DNA of 64,000 bases from Spirochaetia bacterium. GTDB lineage: Bacteria; Spirochaetota; Spirochaetia; SZUA-6; Bin103. The DNA lies in assembly GCA_965203905.1 (NCBI GenBank), contig CBDBDQ010000005.1, positions 2,112,001 through 2,176,000 on the forward strand. The letters run 5' to 3'. Both the position numbers and the translations under genes were made by a program. The notes beneath the pieces were generated by a model. The model ran no database searches, was not told where the DNA came from, and saw nothing but the letters and a program-made list of their open reading frames with translations. Shown here in pieces: positions 49,143-58,904 of this stretch. Numbering within the stretch: the first letter of the stretch is position 1; each line of letters starts with the position of its first letter.

Positions 49143-51464
49143 AAGCCCTACGACCCATTCTCTCCAAATGGAAGTTGTGCACTGAGATCAGATCGGTGCC
49201 TACGTTGGGACCAACTTCCTACGAGAAGACTCTTTGTCGTCCTACGATTCTCTTTGTCCAACAGCCCCAACAACTGAGAGCACCCCACCGTAGTTCTCCA
49301 TCTCAATCGTGGACTGATCTCAAGTGTCGGCGCAAAAATACGTGAAATATTGATCTCCAGTGGCTGTGGATCTTCCACATGCTTTGGTCGTATACCCGAT
49401 CGTCCTTCAAGAACTTGAAAAACCCCTTCCTTAATCCCTATACCGATCATCTTTCTTAGCAACTCGTAGTCGCTCTCCAACAGCATCTGAGGATCTCTAA
49501 TGGCAAGGCGTGCCGCTTCAGGCTCGCTTGAGTGGTGAAGCAACTTTTGTCTAAGACAATCCCCTAAATCAAGCAGAAAATCCTTAAGCTTCTCACCATA
49601 CGTCTCTATATTCCGGCTAAGTGTTGCCAAATTATGTACCGACACGACATGAACAGCCTCCGATTGAAACTCCGGATCTATCGAGAAAAAATCACTCATC
49701 TCATTCGACTGCAAGTGATATGCCATGAGAAGGACCTCTTGAAAGTAGCGAATGACTCCAGAGCTAATAAATGCCAACTCCTTGTACCCAGAGAACCGCT
49801 TCTTTGTCCGCCTCCCAGGGCTACCATAGAGCTGTCGGTAAATTGCCGCCTCGCGATAGTAGGACAACTTCGCATCCTGAGTACGTACGTCCCAAGAATC
49901 AAACTCCCGCCGATCAATCCGAAGGAGCCGAAGTGTCTCTTCAACGACTTTCTCTCGGGGAATTTCGTCGTCACTGCTCTCTGGAAGAAGCCTCGCAAGC
50001 GTCGCTGGAGCGCCTTCTCGCGTTGTAAGAAGTTTTCCTACCATGTTCTCAAGGAGCCCGATGTATCGCTCGAAGTCAGAGTCATTCTCTACCGAGTAGA
50101 TCAGCGTCACCCTATTGTAATCATGCGTCTCCTGGAGCTCTTGTCCTTCGGTAGTGTCCGAGACTTCTTGACTCCCTATCTTTCGCGCTACTTTGACAGA
50201 GATCGTAGGCGGCCCGAGCTTAATGAGACTGTTGACCACAACTTTCTGATATGAAAGGAGGTTCTCATACTCATCTAACAGAATCGTGATTTGACTACGC
50301 GACAACGACCGAACATTCCTTCGAACTAGGTTTACGACCCGTCTAAAGGTCGCGAGTCCGAAGGACGCGAACGGAATGGAGGTAGCCTCATCGTAGATGA
50401 ACTTCCTGCGGACGAATTCCGCCAGTTTGAGGTGCATATCTGCGAAGTGCTCTAGCAGATCCTCAAAACGTTCAAGCGTGCTCTCGGTCTGTGGAGATAG
50501 AACACCGGCTATCGACCGTACCAATGTCCCCTCAGAACGGCTCCCGAGTTCTAGTCTATTGGCACGCGTGCAATGGGAGATCTCTGACACCATACTCTCA
50601 ACAACACCAAGATAGAATTCCTGAGCGAAGACATCAGTCAGTTGTGCGAGTGTCTTGGAGTCGAACGGTACCGAGAGATCGTCGACCTTAAGAGAGGTAC
50701 CAGCATTGCAGAAGGCACCCCGTTCAAGGCGAACGTAGCAACCAAAGAGCTGACGAAGAGTCTTCGGTGAATCCGAGCGAGCGGAAAGAATACGAGCCCT
50801 CAGAGATAGCAAAAGCATAGTCTTTCCGGTGCCACGGGAACCTTCAAGAAAACAAGGTTTCATCTCCTCGAGAACTCGTATCTTAGCTGCATCTGGCGGA
50901 GAGAATGATGAGGCCAACAGTGTTGGGTTATCCTCTTCAAAGTACTCGGCCCGAACCCGCCAGAAGGGGTTTAAGGAGTCCTCCTTTAGTGCTGCACTGA
51001 TAGTTGATGTGTCTGAGATTGTGTCAGAAATCTGAGAGCACAGTTGCTCGAGCGTATGTTGGTAGTGCTCATCGTCAACACTCCCATATACGTGGGTGCC
51101 TATAAGTGGAGGTAGCTGAACAGACCCATACTTGAGGACGATAACGCTTCCGCCATCTTGGCTGACACGATTCCATAACGCGGCGGATATCTCAAGTCTT
51201 TGCCAATTGGCGCCATGGGTGTTCTTTGAATAGATGACGATTATGGTGTGAGAATTGGCAATTGCTTCGTTCATAAATTCTATTGAACTAAACCGCTTCG
51301 CGGTAGGGGTGGCGTCGGCCGTGTCGAGGCGCGGAGCCCTTCCCAAACACAATCCCTACATGGTGTCTGGACTCTACTAACGGGAGATGGGTGGTTGCCC
51401 CCGGAGCGTAGCGCCGCTCCGGAGGCTGATGGACCACGCGTCTCTACACGAGGAGGAGTCCATC

Positions 51465-52307
51465 ATGACACCACTGCGCCAGAGAATGATCGAAGACATG
51501 CGGGTGCGCAACCTGTCCCCGCACACCATCGAATACTACGTCCGCCAGGTCGCGTTGTTTGCCCGCTACTTCAACCGCTCTCCGGAGCTGCTCGGGCTCG
51601 ACGAAATAAGGGCCTATCAACTGCACCTGGTGCAGGAGCGAGAGCTGGCTTGGGGTAGCTTCAATCAGGCAGTCTGCGCCCTCCGCTTCCTGTACCTCAA
51701 GACCCTCGGCAAGGACTGGCACATCGAGTCCATCCCGTTCGCCAAGCAGCCCAAGAAGCTGCCGCTGGTCCTGAGCCAGGACCAGGTACGCTCGCTACTC
51801 GAAGCGATCACCAACCCGCAGCACCGCGTCATCGCCATGACCCTGTATGCCGCCGGGCTGCGGGTTTCCGAGGCCGTCTCCCTGAGGGTCACAGACATCG
51901 ACAGCAAGCGGATGCTGCTGCATGTCGTGCAAGGCAAGGGCCGCAAGGATCGTTTGGTGACGTTGTCGCCGCTCCTGCTGTACCACTTGCGCTGCCACTA
52001 CCAACGCTATCGGCCGCGCTACTGGCTGTTTCCCAGCAGGACCTATCCCGACCGCCACATCACCAGGGACGCGGTGGCCAACGCCATCGCCGCGGTGCGC
52101 CACGTCGTCGCCGGCAAGCCCGTATCCCCGCATACCTTGCGCCACTGTTTCGCCACCCATCTGCTGGAATCCGGCACCGATCTGCGCACCGTCCAGGCGC
52201 TGCTCGGACACGCCTCGATCAGGAGCACCGTGATCTACACCCACGTCACCCGCAAGCGCATCAGCGCGGTCGAGAGCCCGCTGGAGTCGTTGCCACCGCT
52301 GCGCTGA
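51465..52307 (+). CDS. tyrosine recombinase/integrase
   Basis: MTPLRQRMIEDM N-terminus; YAAGLRVSE, KGRK, HTLRHCFATH, LLGH, Y motifs; GAGGAGG RBS. Confidence 0.93.
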   Translation: MTPLRQRMIEDMRVRNLSPHTIEYYVRQVALFARYFNRSPELLGLDEIRAYQLHLVQERELAWGSFNQAVCALRFLYLKTLGKDWHIESIPFAKQPKKLPLVLSQDQVRSLLEAITNPQHRVIAMTLYAAGLRVSEAVSLRVTDIDSKRMLLHVVQGKGRKDRLVTLSPLLLYHLRCHYQRYRPRYWLFPSRTYPDRHITRDAVANAIAAVRHVVAGKPVSPHTLRHCFATHLLESGTDLRTVQALLGHASIRSTVIYTHVTRKRISAVESPLESLPPLR

Positions 52308-52314
52308 GCTCCCA

Positions 52315-53529
52315 GTGCAGCAGCCCCCGTTCGAGGTGGCCGACGTCATCCGTACCCTGGCTGCGGCCGATGGTCGGGTGCCGGGGTTGCGGGTGTCGCA
52401 GGCTCAACAGCGCGTCCTCGGCGACCTCGCAGCCTGTCGTACCGCCAAGCTTGGTGGCCACGTCGATGCCTGCGATGCCTGCGGTGAGCTACGCGTATCG
52501 TACAACTCCTGCGGCAATCGCCACTGTCCCAAGTGCCAGGCGCAGCAGCGCGCGAAGTGGCTCGAAAACCGTTGCCAAGATCTGCTGCCGGTCCCCTACT
52601 TCCACGTCGTTTTCACCCTGCCGGCAGAGCTGGCGCCGCTGGCACTGCAGAACCAACGCGAAATTTATGGCGCCCTGTTCGCTGCCGCCGCCGCTACCCT
52701 CAGGACCATCGCTGCCGACCCCAACCATCTCGGTGCTCAGATCGGCTTCATCGCCGTGTTGCACACCTGGGGTCAGACCCTGGTGCACCATCCCCATCTC
52801 CACTGCGTCATCCCGGGTGGCGGGTTATCCCCCGACGCTGCCTCCTGGATCTCCTGCCGTGACGATTTCTTCCTCCCGGTCCGGGTCCTCTCACACCTCT
52901 TTCGCGGCAAGATGCTGGCCGCGCTCCAGCAACGCTTCGCTGCCGGTCATCTCCACTTCCACGGTGCTGTTGCTGAGTTGGCAGATCCCGCTCGCTTCCG
53001 AACGTTGTGCCGGCAACTGCGCCGCAAACGGTGGGTGGTGTACTCCAAGCCGCCCTTCGGCGGGCCCCAGCAGGTGCTCAAGTACCTGGCTCGCTACACC
53101 CATCGTGTCGCCATCGCCAACCGCAGGATCACGGCTGCCGATTCGGACTCCGTGAGCTTCCGTTACCGCGACTATGCCCGTGGCCGCCGTCACCGGGTGC
53201 TGAAACTCGACACCGTGGAGTTTCTGCGTCGCTTTCTGCAGCACGTCTTGCCCAACCGTTTCGTCCGTATCCGCCACTACGGCTTTCTCGCCAATCGTGC
53301 ACGTAAGGAAAAACTTCCGCGGTGCCGCTATCTGATTGCCCAAGCCTCCGGCCAGGACCTGATCACTGCGCCTGATCTCTCAGTTTCTCTCGAACCTCCC
53401 GGCGACGATCATCAACGCTGTCCGGTGTGCCACGCAGGAACCATGCGCCGCATCCAGGACTTCTGCTCTCAACCCACCTGGGAGTATGAGTACCTGCCTG
53501 GTCGCCGCGCTCCCCCCGAGGCCGCATGA
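52315..53529 (+). CDS. IS91-family (Y2 HUH) transposase with N-terminal zinc-binding domain
   Basis: YNSCGNRHCPKC, HVVFTLP, HPHLH (HUH), YLARY, RIRHYG motifs. Confidence 0.92.
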   Translation: MQQPPFEVADVIRTLAAADGRVPGLRVSQAQQRVLGDLAACRTAKLGGHVDACDACGELRVSYNSCGNRHCPKCQAQQRAKWLENRCQDLLPVPYFHVVFTLPAELAPLALQNQREIYGALFAAAAATLRTIAADPNHLGAQIGFIAVLHTWGQTLVHHPHLHCVIPGGGLSPDAASWISCRDDFFLPVRVLSHLFRGKMLAALQQRFAAGHLHFHGAVAELADPARFRTLCRQLRRKRWVVYSKPPFGGPQQVLKYLARYTHRVAIANRRITAADSDSVSFRYRDYARGRRHRVLKLDTVEFLRRFLQHVLPNRFVRIRHYGFLANRARKEKLPRCRYLIAQASGQDLITAPDLSVSLEPPGDDHQRCPVCHAGTMRRIQDFCSQPTWEYEYLPGRRAPPEAA

Positions 53530-53849
53530 CTCCATCTCCAGAACACCATCCGTTCGATCTCATCACGCATCCCTTCGCGCCGCCGTGCCGTTGCTCCTGC
53601 GCACCCGTGCGCGGCGCCGGCCGCGAGCTCCCCGTCAGCCGCTCGTCGCTGCCTCATCGCTTGGCGCTGTCACTCAGCTCCCCGTTCTGCTCCGCGAGCC
53701 CGCGCCTGCCCGGGCACCCCCAGCACTCCGCCGCCACCGGGATACCGGCGTTCCAATCTCCATAGGCGCGCGGTTTAGTTCAATCAACCCTATCCGAACT
53801 GGCCCCGGCCACGCGGCAACGGCCAGCGTTCGCCGTTCGCGCGGCCAGC

Positions 53850-53891
53850 TCGGATAGACTCCTTCTCATTTCGGATAGACTCCTTCTCATT
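53850..53891 (+). repeat. 21-bp tandem duplication at the element's right end
   Basis: TCGGATAGACTCCTTCTCATT occurs twice (53850-53870 and 53871-53891). Confidence 0.9.
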
Positions 53892-54542
53892 ATGTCGTGA
53901 CCGAACTTCAGTTCATGCAAATCGATGTAGACGTCATGACCTGCCATTCTCAAGTCATCATGGAGTCTCGTAGCAATCTCTGCGTCTTCGTCAGCGTGAG
54001 AGATGAAAATGTGCTTCAGTTTCTCGGGCTCCTCAGTCGTGTGATTTGAGTGTTGAACAGATCGCGGAAGGTGCGCGGATACTCCCTAAGTGCTAGGAAT
54101 CGTCTGCGAATCGTTCGGTTGTGGTGTCGAATCTCTGCAGTCGGCGATTCCTCCCTCCGGTTGGAACGGCACCATAGTGGCTGGCCTGGTACTGAAAGAG
54201 GTGTAATGGTCGCATCAGTTACACCCCGTAGGATTAGTGACCGATCTATGGAGTTGTCGGTGAAGCTATGGGAGAGGTTGAGATGAGCGTTATAGCTTGG
54301 TGCTCGTCCAGCATGTATTGGCAGGGTGCCAAACATCAGATTTCGTGAAGAACGTTAACTCGCAAGGATGTTGGTCTGCGTGCTTCCTCGCGCCAGTGCC
54401 GACCATGATCGGTGCAGTTCAAGCTTGATCTCCTCAATGGAGCGAGAGTCATAGACGTCAAGACTCTTCACCTTCGGTACATCACGGTCGCCAAGGGGTC
54501 ACGGACGAGGGACTCGCTGATGACACCGTAGCACGATTCTGA

Positions 54543-56354
54543 CTAGTGCGTCCCGGCGGCGTGGACGTATTCCAGGCTCTGGTGGCGGAAGTAGGTGTTG
54601 TACAGCTCCGCGTAGTGGCCGCCGGCCCGGAGCAGGCTGTCGTGGGAGCCCTCTTCGATGATGCTGCCGGCGCGCAGCACCACGATGCGGTCGGCCTGTC
54701 TGATGGTGGACAACCGATGCGCGATGACGATCGCGGTACGCTCGTTCAAAAGCTCGTCCAGACCCTCCTGGATCAGCGCCTCGGTAAGGGGATCGACGCT
54801 CGCGGTGGCCTCGTCGAGGATGATCACGGAGGGGTCCTGCAGCAGCACCCGTGCCAGCGCCACGAGCTGGCGCTGACCCAGTGACAGGTTGCGGCCGCGT
54901 TCGGCCACCTCGGTGCTCAGGCCGTCCGGGAGGGTGGCGATCCAGTCGCCGGCTCCCACCCGCTGCGCCGCCGCCGCCACAGCGTCGTCGTCGGCGTCGT
55001 TCCTGCCGTAGCGGATGTTGTCCAGCACGCTGCCGTTGAACAGGAACGGCACCTGGGTCACGAACCCGAGCTGGGAGCGAAAGCTGGCCAGATCCAGGGA
55101 GCGTACGTCGCGCCCGTCGACCAGGATCTGCCCGCCCTGGAATTCGTAGAAGCGCGCCACCAGCTTGGTGATGCTCGACTTGCCGGAGCCGGTGTGTCCC
55201 ACCAGTGCCAGCGTCTCGCCGGGGTGGACGCTGAGCGAGAAGTTCTCGAATACCTGCTCCCCCTCCTTGTAGTGGAAGGTGACGTTGCGTAGCTCGATGG
55301 CACCGCTCAGCTCCGCCACCGGTTCGGCACCGGTCTGCGTCACCTGGGGATCGGCGTCGATCAGCGCGAACACCCGCTCGCCGGCCGCCAGGCCGAGCTG
55401 GAACTGACTCCAGAAGGAGGCGATGGAGGTGAGCGGAAACCACAGCAGCCCGATCCCCTGTAGGAACAGGTACCAGTCGCCGATGGTCAGGCCGCCGTGC
55501 TCCGCGCGCAGCCCTCCGCTGTAGGCGAGGATCGCGGTACCCAGCCCGGAAACCGTGAACAGCACCGGGAAGATACTCGAGAACACCACCCCGGAACGCC
55601 AGCTCAGCCGGAACGACTGCCGGTTGACGCCCGTGAACTGCTCGTACAGGACCTGTTCCTTGCGGAACGACTTGGCGATGTTGATGCCGCTCACCGTCTC
55701 GTGCACGTGGGCGCTCACCTCCGCCACCGCGCGCCGCGACTGGGTGACCACGTCCCGCGCCAGACGCCGAAAGCCGAGTGCCACCCCGACTACCACCGGC
55801 ACCAGCGCCAGCGCGATCAGGGTCAGCATCGGGTCGACGGTGAACAGATAGGCGAAGATCAGCAGCACCATGGTGACCTGGCTGAACACTTCCATGGTGA
55901 GGGTCACCACTTCGGAGAACGCCTGGGTGTCGGCGGTCACCCGGCTCACGATGCTCCCGGTGGGATACTGGTCGTAGAACGACAGGTCGTGGCGCATCAG
56001 CGCATTGAAGGCGTCGCCGCGCAGGCGCAGCACGACGCTGCCGATGGCGCGGGCGCCGAGCAGGCGGCGCACCACGTTCAGCCCCCAGCTTCCCGCGTTC
56101 AGCAGCGCGATCGCTACCACAATGGCGGCGATGGTGCCGGAAGCGGCATCGGCGTCGGCCACCAGGTCGATGGCGCGCGACATCACTACCGGCAGCGCCG
56201 TGGTCAGCAGGGATCCGGCGGCCACCGCCAGCGACACGATCAGCATGCGCCGCCCCTCGGCGCGGAAGTAGGTGAAGATGCGGCCCACCAGCTCGCGGTC
56301 GCCGTAGGTGCGGTCGTACTCTTCGGCGGCGATGCCGTCCATGAGGAAGCCCAC
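54543..56354 (-). CDS. ABC exporter, fused permease/ATPase
   Basis: GHTGSGKS, LSLGQRQ, ILDEAT motifs. Confidence 0.92.
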   Translation of the reverse strand: MGFLMDGIAAEEYDRTYGDRELVGRIFTYFRAEGRRMLIVSLAVAAGSLLTTALPVVMSRAIDLVADADAASGTIAAIVVAIALLNAGSWGLNVVRRLLGARAIGSVVLRLRGDAFNALMRHDLSFYDQYPTGSIVSRVTADTQAFSEVVTLTMEVFSQVTMVLLIFAYLFTVDPMLTLIALALVPVVVGVALGFRRLARDVVTQSRRAVAEVSAHVHETVSGINIAKSFRKEQVLYEQFTGVNRQSFRLSWRSGVVFSSIFPVLFTVSGLGTAILAYSGGLRAEHGGLTIGDWYLFLQGIGLLWFPLTSIASFWSQFQLGLAAGERVFALIDADPQVTQTGAEPVAELSGAIELRNVTFHYKEGEQVFENFSLSVHPGETLALVGHTGSGKSSITKLVARFYEFQGGQILVDGRDVRSLDLASFRSQLGFVTQVPFLFNGSVLDNIRYGRNDADDDAVAAAAQRVGAGDWIATLPDGLSTEVAERGRNLSLGQRQLVALARVLLQDPSVIILDEATASVDPLTEALIQEGLDELLNERTAIVIAHRLSTIRQADRIVVLRAGSIIEEGSHDSLLRAGGHYAELYNTYFRHQSLEYVHAAGTH

Positions 56355-58207
56355 TAGCGCACCTCCCCGTTGGCCGCGATCGCCGGTGCACTGCCGTTTG
56401 CCACGGTAACGGCGTCCGGCGCGCGCAGCGGCGGCAGCTCGATGTCGTAGTGGCTGAAGATGCGCCGGTAGACCGGCGAGGTGGCCAGCAGCTCGTCGTG
56501 GCTGCCGGCGGCCGCCAGCCTTCCGCCGGCCAGCACCAGGATGCGGTCGGCCCAGCGGATCTGGGACAGGCGGTGGGTGATGATCAGGGTGGTGCGCCCC
56601 TGCTGCACGCTGCGCAGGGCACGCTGGATCTCATCCTCGGTGGCGCTGTCGATGGCGCTGGTGGAGTCGTCCAGGATCAGGATGCGGGGATCCTTGAGGA
56701 AGGCGCGCGCCAGGGCCAGCCGCTGGCGCTGGCCGCCGGACAGGGTCACGCCGCGCTCGCCGATGGTGGTGTCGTAGCCGTCCTGGAACGCCGTGATGAA
56801 CTCGTGGGCGGCCGCGGCGCGGGCGGCGGCTTCGATCTCCGCCCGGCTGGCGCCGGGACGGGCGAAGGCGATGTTCTCCGCCACGGTGCGGGAGAACAGG
56901 AATACGTCCTGCTCGATGTTCGCCACCTGCGAGCGCAGGCTGGTCAGGTTCCACTGCCGCAGGTCGATGCCGTCGACGGCGATGCGGCCGGCGCCGGGGT
57001 CGTAGGTGCGGTTCACCAGCTGCGTCAGGGTGGTCTTGCCGGAGCCGGTCTGGCCGACGATGGCCACCGTCTCGCCGGCCTCGACCTGCACGTCGATGTC
57101 GGCCAGCACCTCTTGGTTGTCGCGGTAGCCGAATGAGACCCCCTCGAAGGCGATGGCGCCGCGCACCGGCGCCTGGTGCCCGCCGGTGTTCTGGTCCAGC
57201 TCGGTGGTGGCGGTGAGGACGTGCAGGATGCGGCGCGTCCCGGCGAGCCCGTTCTGCACCATCGAGAAGGTGAACGCGGACATGAAGGTGGGGATGCGCA
57301 GCAGATTCATCAGCCCCACCAGCGCGATCAACTGGCTCAGCTCGATCCTGCCGGCGCGCAGCAGCCCGATGCCGTGCAGCAGGGCCAGGGCGATCGCGGC
57401 CCCGTAGAGCAGCATCGGCAGGTACAGCGCTTCGATCCGGCCCTGGCGTACGAACAGGTCGCGGAAGATGGCGGCGGCGCCGTGGAACCGCTTGCGTTCC
57501 CAGGTCTCGCGCACCGCCGCCTTGACCACCTCGATCCCGGAGACCGCCTCTTCGGCCGCGGCCGTGACGTGGCCGTACTGGATGCGCTGATTCATCAGCA
57601 CCGGCCCCAGCCGGCGCACGTAGTCGCGCACCGTCACCCCGAAGGCCGCCGCGTACAGCGTCGGCACCAGCAGCAGCGACGGATCGAGCAGGGCGATGTA
57701 CGTCAACGGCGCCGCGAACCCCAGCACCATGTCGGAGACGAACAGCAGGCCGGGGTGGATCATCTGGTTGAGATGGCGGGTGTCGTCGGTGGCGCGCGCC
57801 ACCAGGTCGCCGACCCGCTGGCGATTGTGGTAGGTCTGGCTCTTTCCCAGGAGATTGCGGTACAGCTCGTCGCGGGCATCGCGCTCCAGCCGGTGGCCGA
57901 GGGTCACCGCGCACAGGTTGTTGGCCAGCGCGAACAAGGAGTCGCCCAGCAGCACCACCAGCACCAGCAGCGCCGCCGCGAACAAGGCCGCGCCGCCGGC
58001 GCCGTCGATCACCACCTGCGCCACCCGTCCCACCATCACCGGTCCCAGTCCGAACAGCGACCAGGCGACGATCGAGAAGGTCACCGCGCCGCCGAGCAGC
58101 CAGGGATGGCGCCGCAGGTGGGAGAACACCCAGCGCCACGGCGAGCGGGTGTCGTAGGTGCGGCCGTCGCGCACCGCGGCCCCGGCGGCCGTGAACTCCG
58201 AGATCAC
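56354..58207 (-). CDS. ABC exporter, fused permease/ATPase (heterodimer partner with degenerate site)
   Basis: GQTGSGKT, LSGGQRQ, ILDDST motifs; start probably GTG 58207. Confidence 0.92.
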   Translation of the reverse strand: MISEFTAAGAAVRDGRTYDTRSPWRWVFSHLRRHPWLLGGAVTFSIVAWSLFGLGPVMVGRVAQVVIDGAGGAALFAAALLVLVVLLGDSLFALANNLCAVTLGHRLERDARDELYRNLLGKSQTYHNRQRVGDLVARATDDTRHLNQMIHPGLLFVSDMVLGFAAPLTYIALLDPSLLLVPTLYAAAFGVTVRDYVRRLGPVLMNQRIQYGHVTAAAEEAVSGIEVVKAAVRETWERKRFHGAAAIFRDLFVRQGRIEALYLPMLLYGAAIALALLHGIGLLRAGRIELSQLIALVGLMNLLRIPTFMSAFTFSMVQNGLAGTRRILHVLTATTELDQNTGGHQAPVRGAIAFEGVSFGYRDNQEVLADIDVQVEAGETVAIVGQTGSGKTTLTQLVNRTYDPGAGRIAVDGIDLRQWNLTSLRSQVANIEQDVFLFSRTVAENIAFARPGASRAEIEAAARAAAAHEFITAFQDGYDTTIGERGVTLSGGQRQRLALARAFLKDPRILILDDSTSAIDSATEDEIQRALRSVQQGRTTLIITHRLSQIRWADRILVLAGGRLAAAGSHDELLATSPVYRRIFSHYDIELPPLRAPDAVTVANGSAPAIAANGEVR

Positions 58208-58290
58208 CCGCGCACCCTGACCGTGATACCGGGCACCAGGAATTCGGGGTGGCGAGCCTTGGGCTGACTCGGGACGTGGTTCACCAGAGT

Positions 58291-58767
58291 CTATTCGAGC
58301 CGCTGGAGCAGAAACGTCCCCTCGCCCCATCCGGACTGTGTCGTCTCTCGGAGCATGGTTCTGGTCTCCGCAATCTTGAACTCGCAACGATGGGTCCCAT
58401 GGTCGAAGCCCTCGAAGGTCAGCCGACAGTCAGCGACAAGATCGCTGCGTCCGTCGTACGCGAACCTGATCGATACCGTGGCGCTGCTGAAGGAGCCTCT
58501 GCGGTATGACCAGCTCAGTGCCTGGTTGAGTGCGGAATCGAACGCTCGGCTGGCGTCCTTGAAGTGGTAGGTCACACGAATCGGCACGGCATAGACCTGC
58601 GAGTCCGGGTACCCTGCCAGCGGACCTCCGAACGAGTCGTTGGTCAGGATCAGCGTCTGGCCGTTCAGAGAACCTGGAGCGTACTCCGTCCGTATTACCG
58701 ATACCTTGCAGCCGGCGAGCGTCAGCAGCAAGGCAACGAGCGCGATGCCTGCATGGCGAATCTTCAT
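58291..58767 (-). CDS. hypothetical lipoprotein
   Basis: MKIRHAGIALVALLLTLAGC: signal peptide with LAGC lipobox; GGAGG RBS. Confidence 0.72.
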   Translation of the reverse strand: MKIRHAGIALVALLLTLAGCKVSVIRTEYAPGSLNGQTLILTNDSFGGPLAGYPDSQVYAVPIRVTYHFKDASRAFDSALNQALSWSYRRGSFSSATVSIRFAYDGRSDLVADCRLTFEGFDHGTHRCEFKIAETRTMLRETTQSGWGEGTFLLQRLE

Positions 58768-58904
58768 AGTGGGCCCCTCCGGAACTTCTCTGCATGACTC
58801 CAAGCTCGGCGGCGGCAGCGACTCATGCAAACGTGGAACGCGATTGATCGACGCTGAGCGTGTCACCGCTCAATCGTACAACAAGTGAGCAGAATATACC
58901 TCGG

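Larger units (their letters stand above)
51285..53888 (+). mobile_element. tyrosine recombinase + IS91-like transposase element
   Basis: Bounded by ATT at 51282-51284 and 53889-53891; its removal restores the TIR frame. 15-bp inverted repeat at 51282-51296 and 53770-53784. Confidence 0.88.
49148..54019 (-). pseudogene. TIR domain + ORC/CDC6-like P-loop ATPase, interrupted by a mobile element at 51285-53888
   Basis: The 5' part (53889-54019) reads KHIFISHADEDAEIATRLHDDLRMAGHDVYIDLHELKFGHDI. The 3' part reads IEFMNEAI...WQRLE (TIR), GSRGTGKT (Walker A), ILLDEYENL (Walker B). GAGGAG precedes a putative CTG start. Confidence 0.85.

Noticed and set aside
51275-51352. N-terminus MCLGRAPRLD... of ORF 49148..51352
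   Set aside because: It is derived from the inserted element's left end. The true TIR N-terminus lies at 53889-54019.
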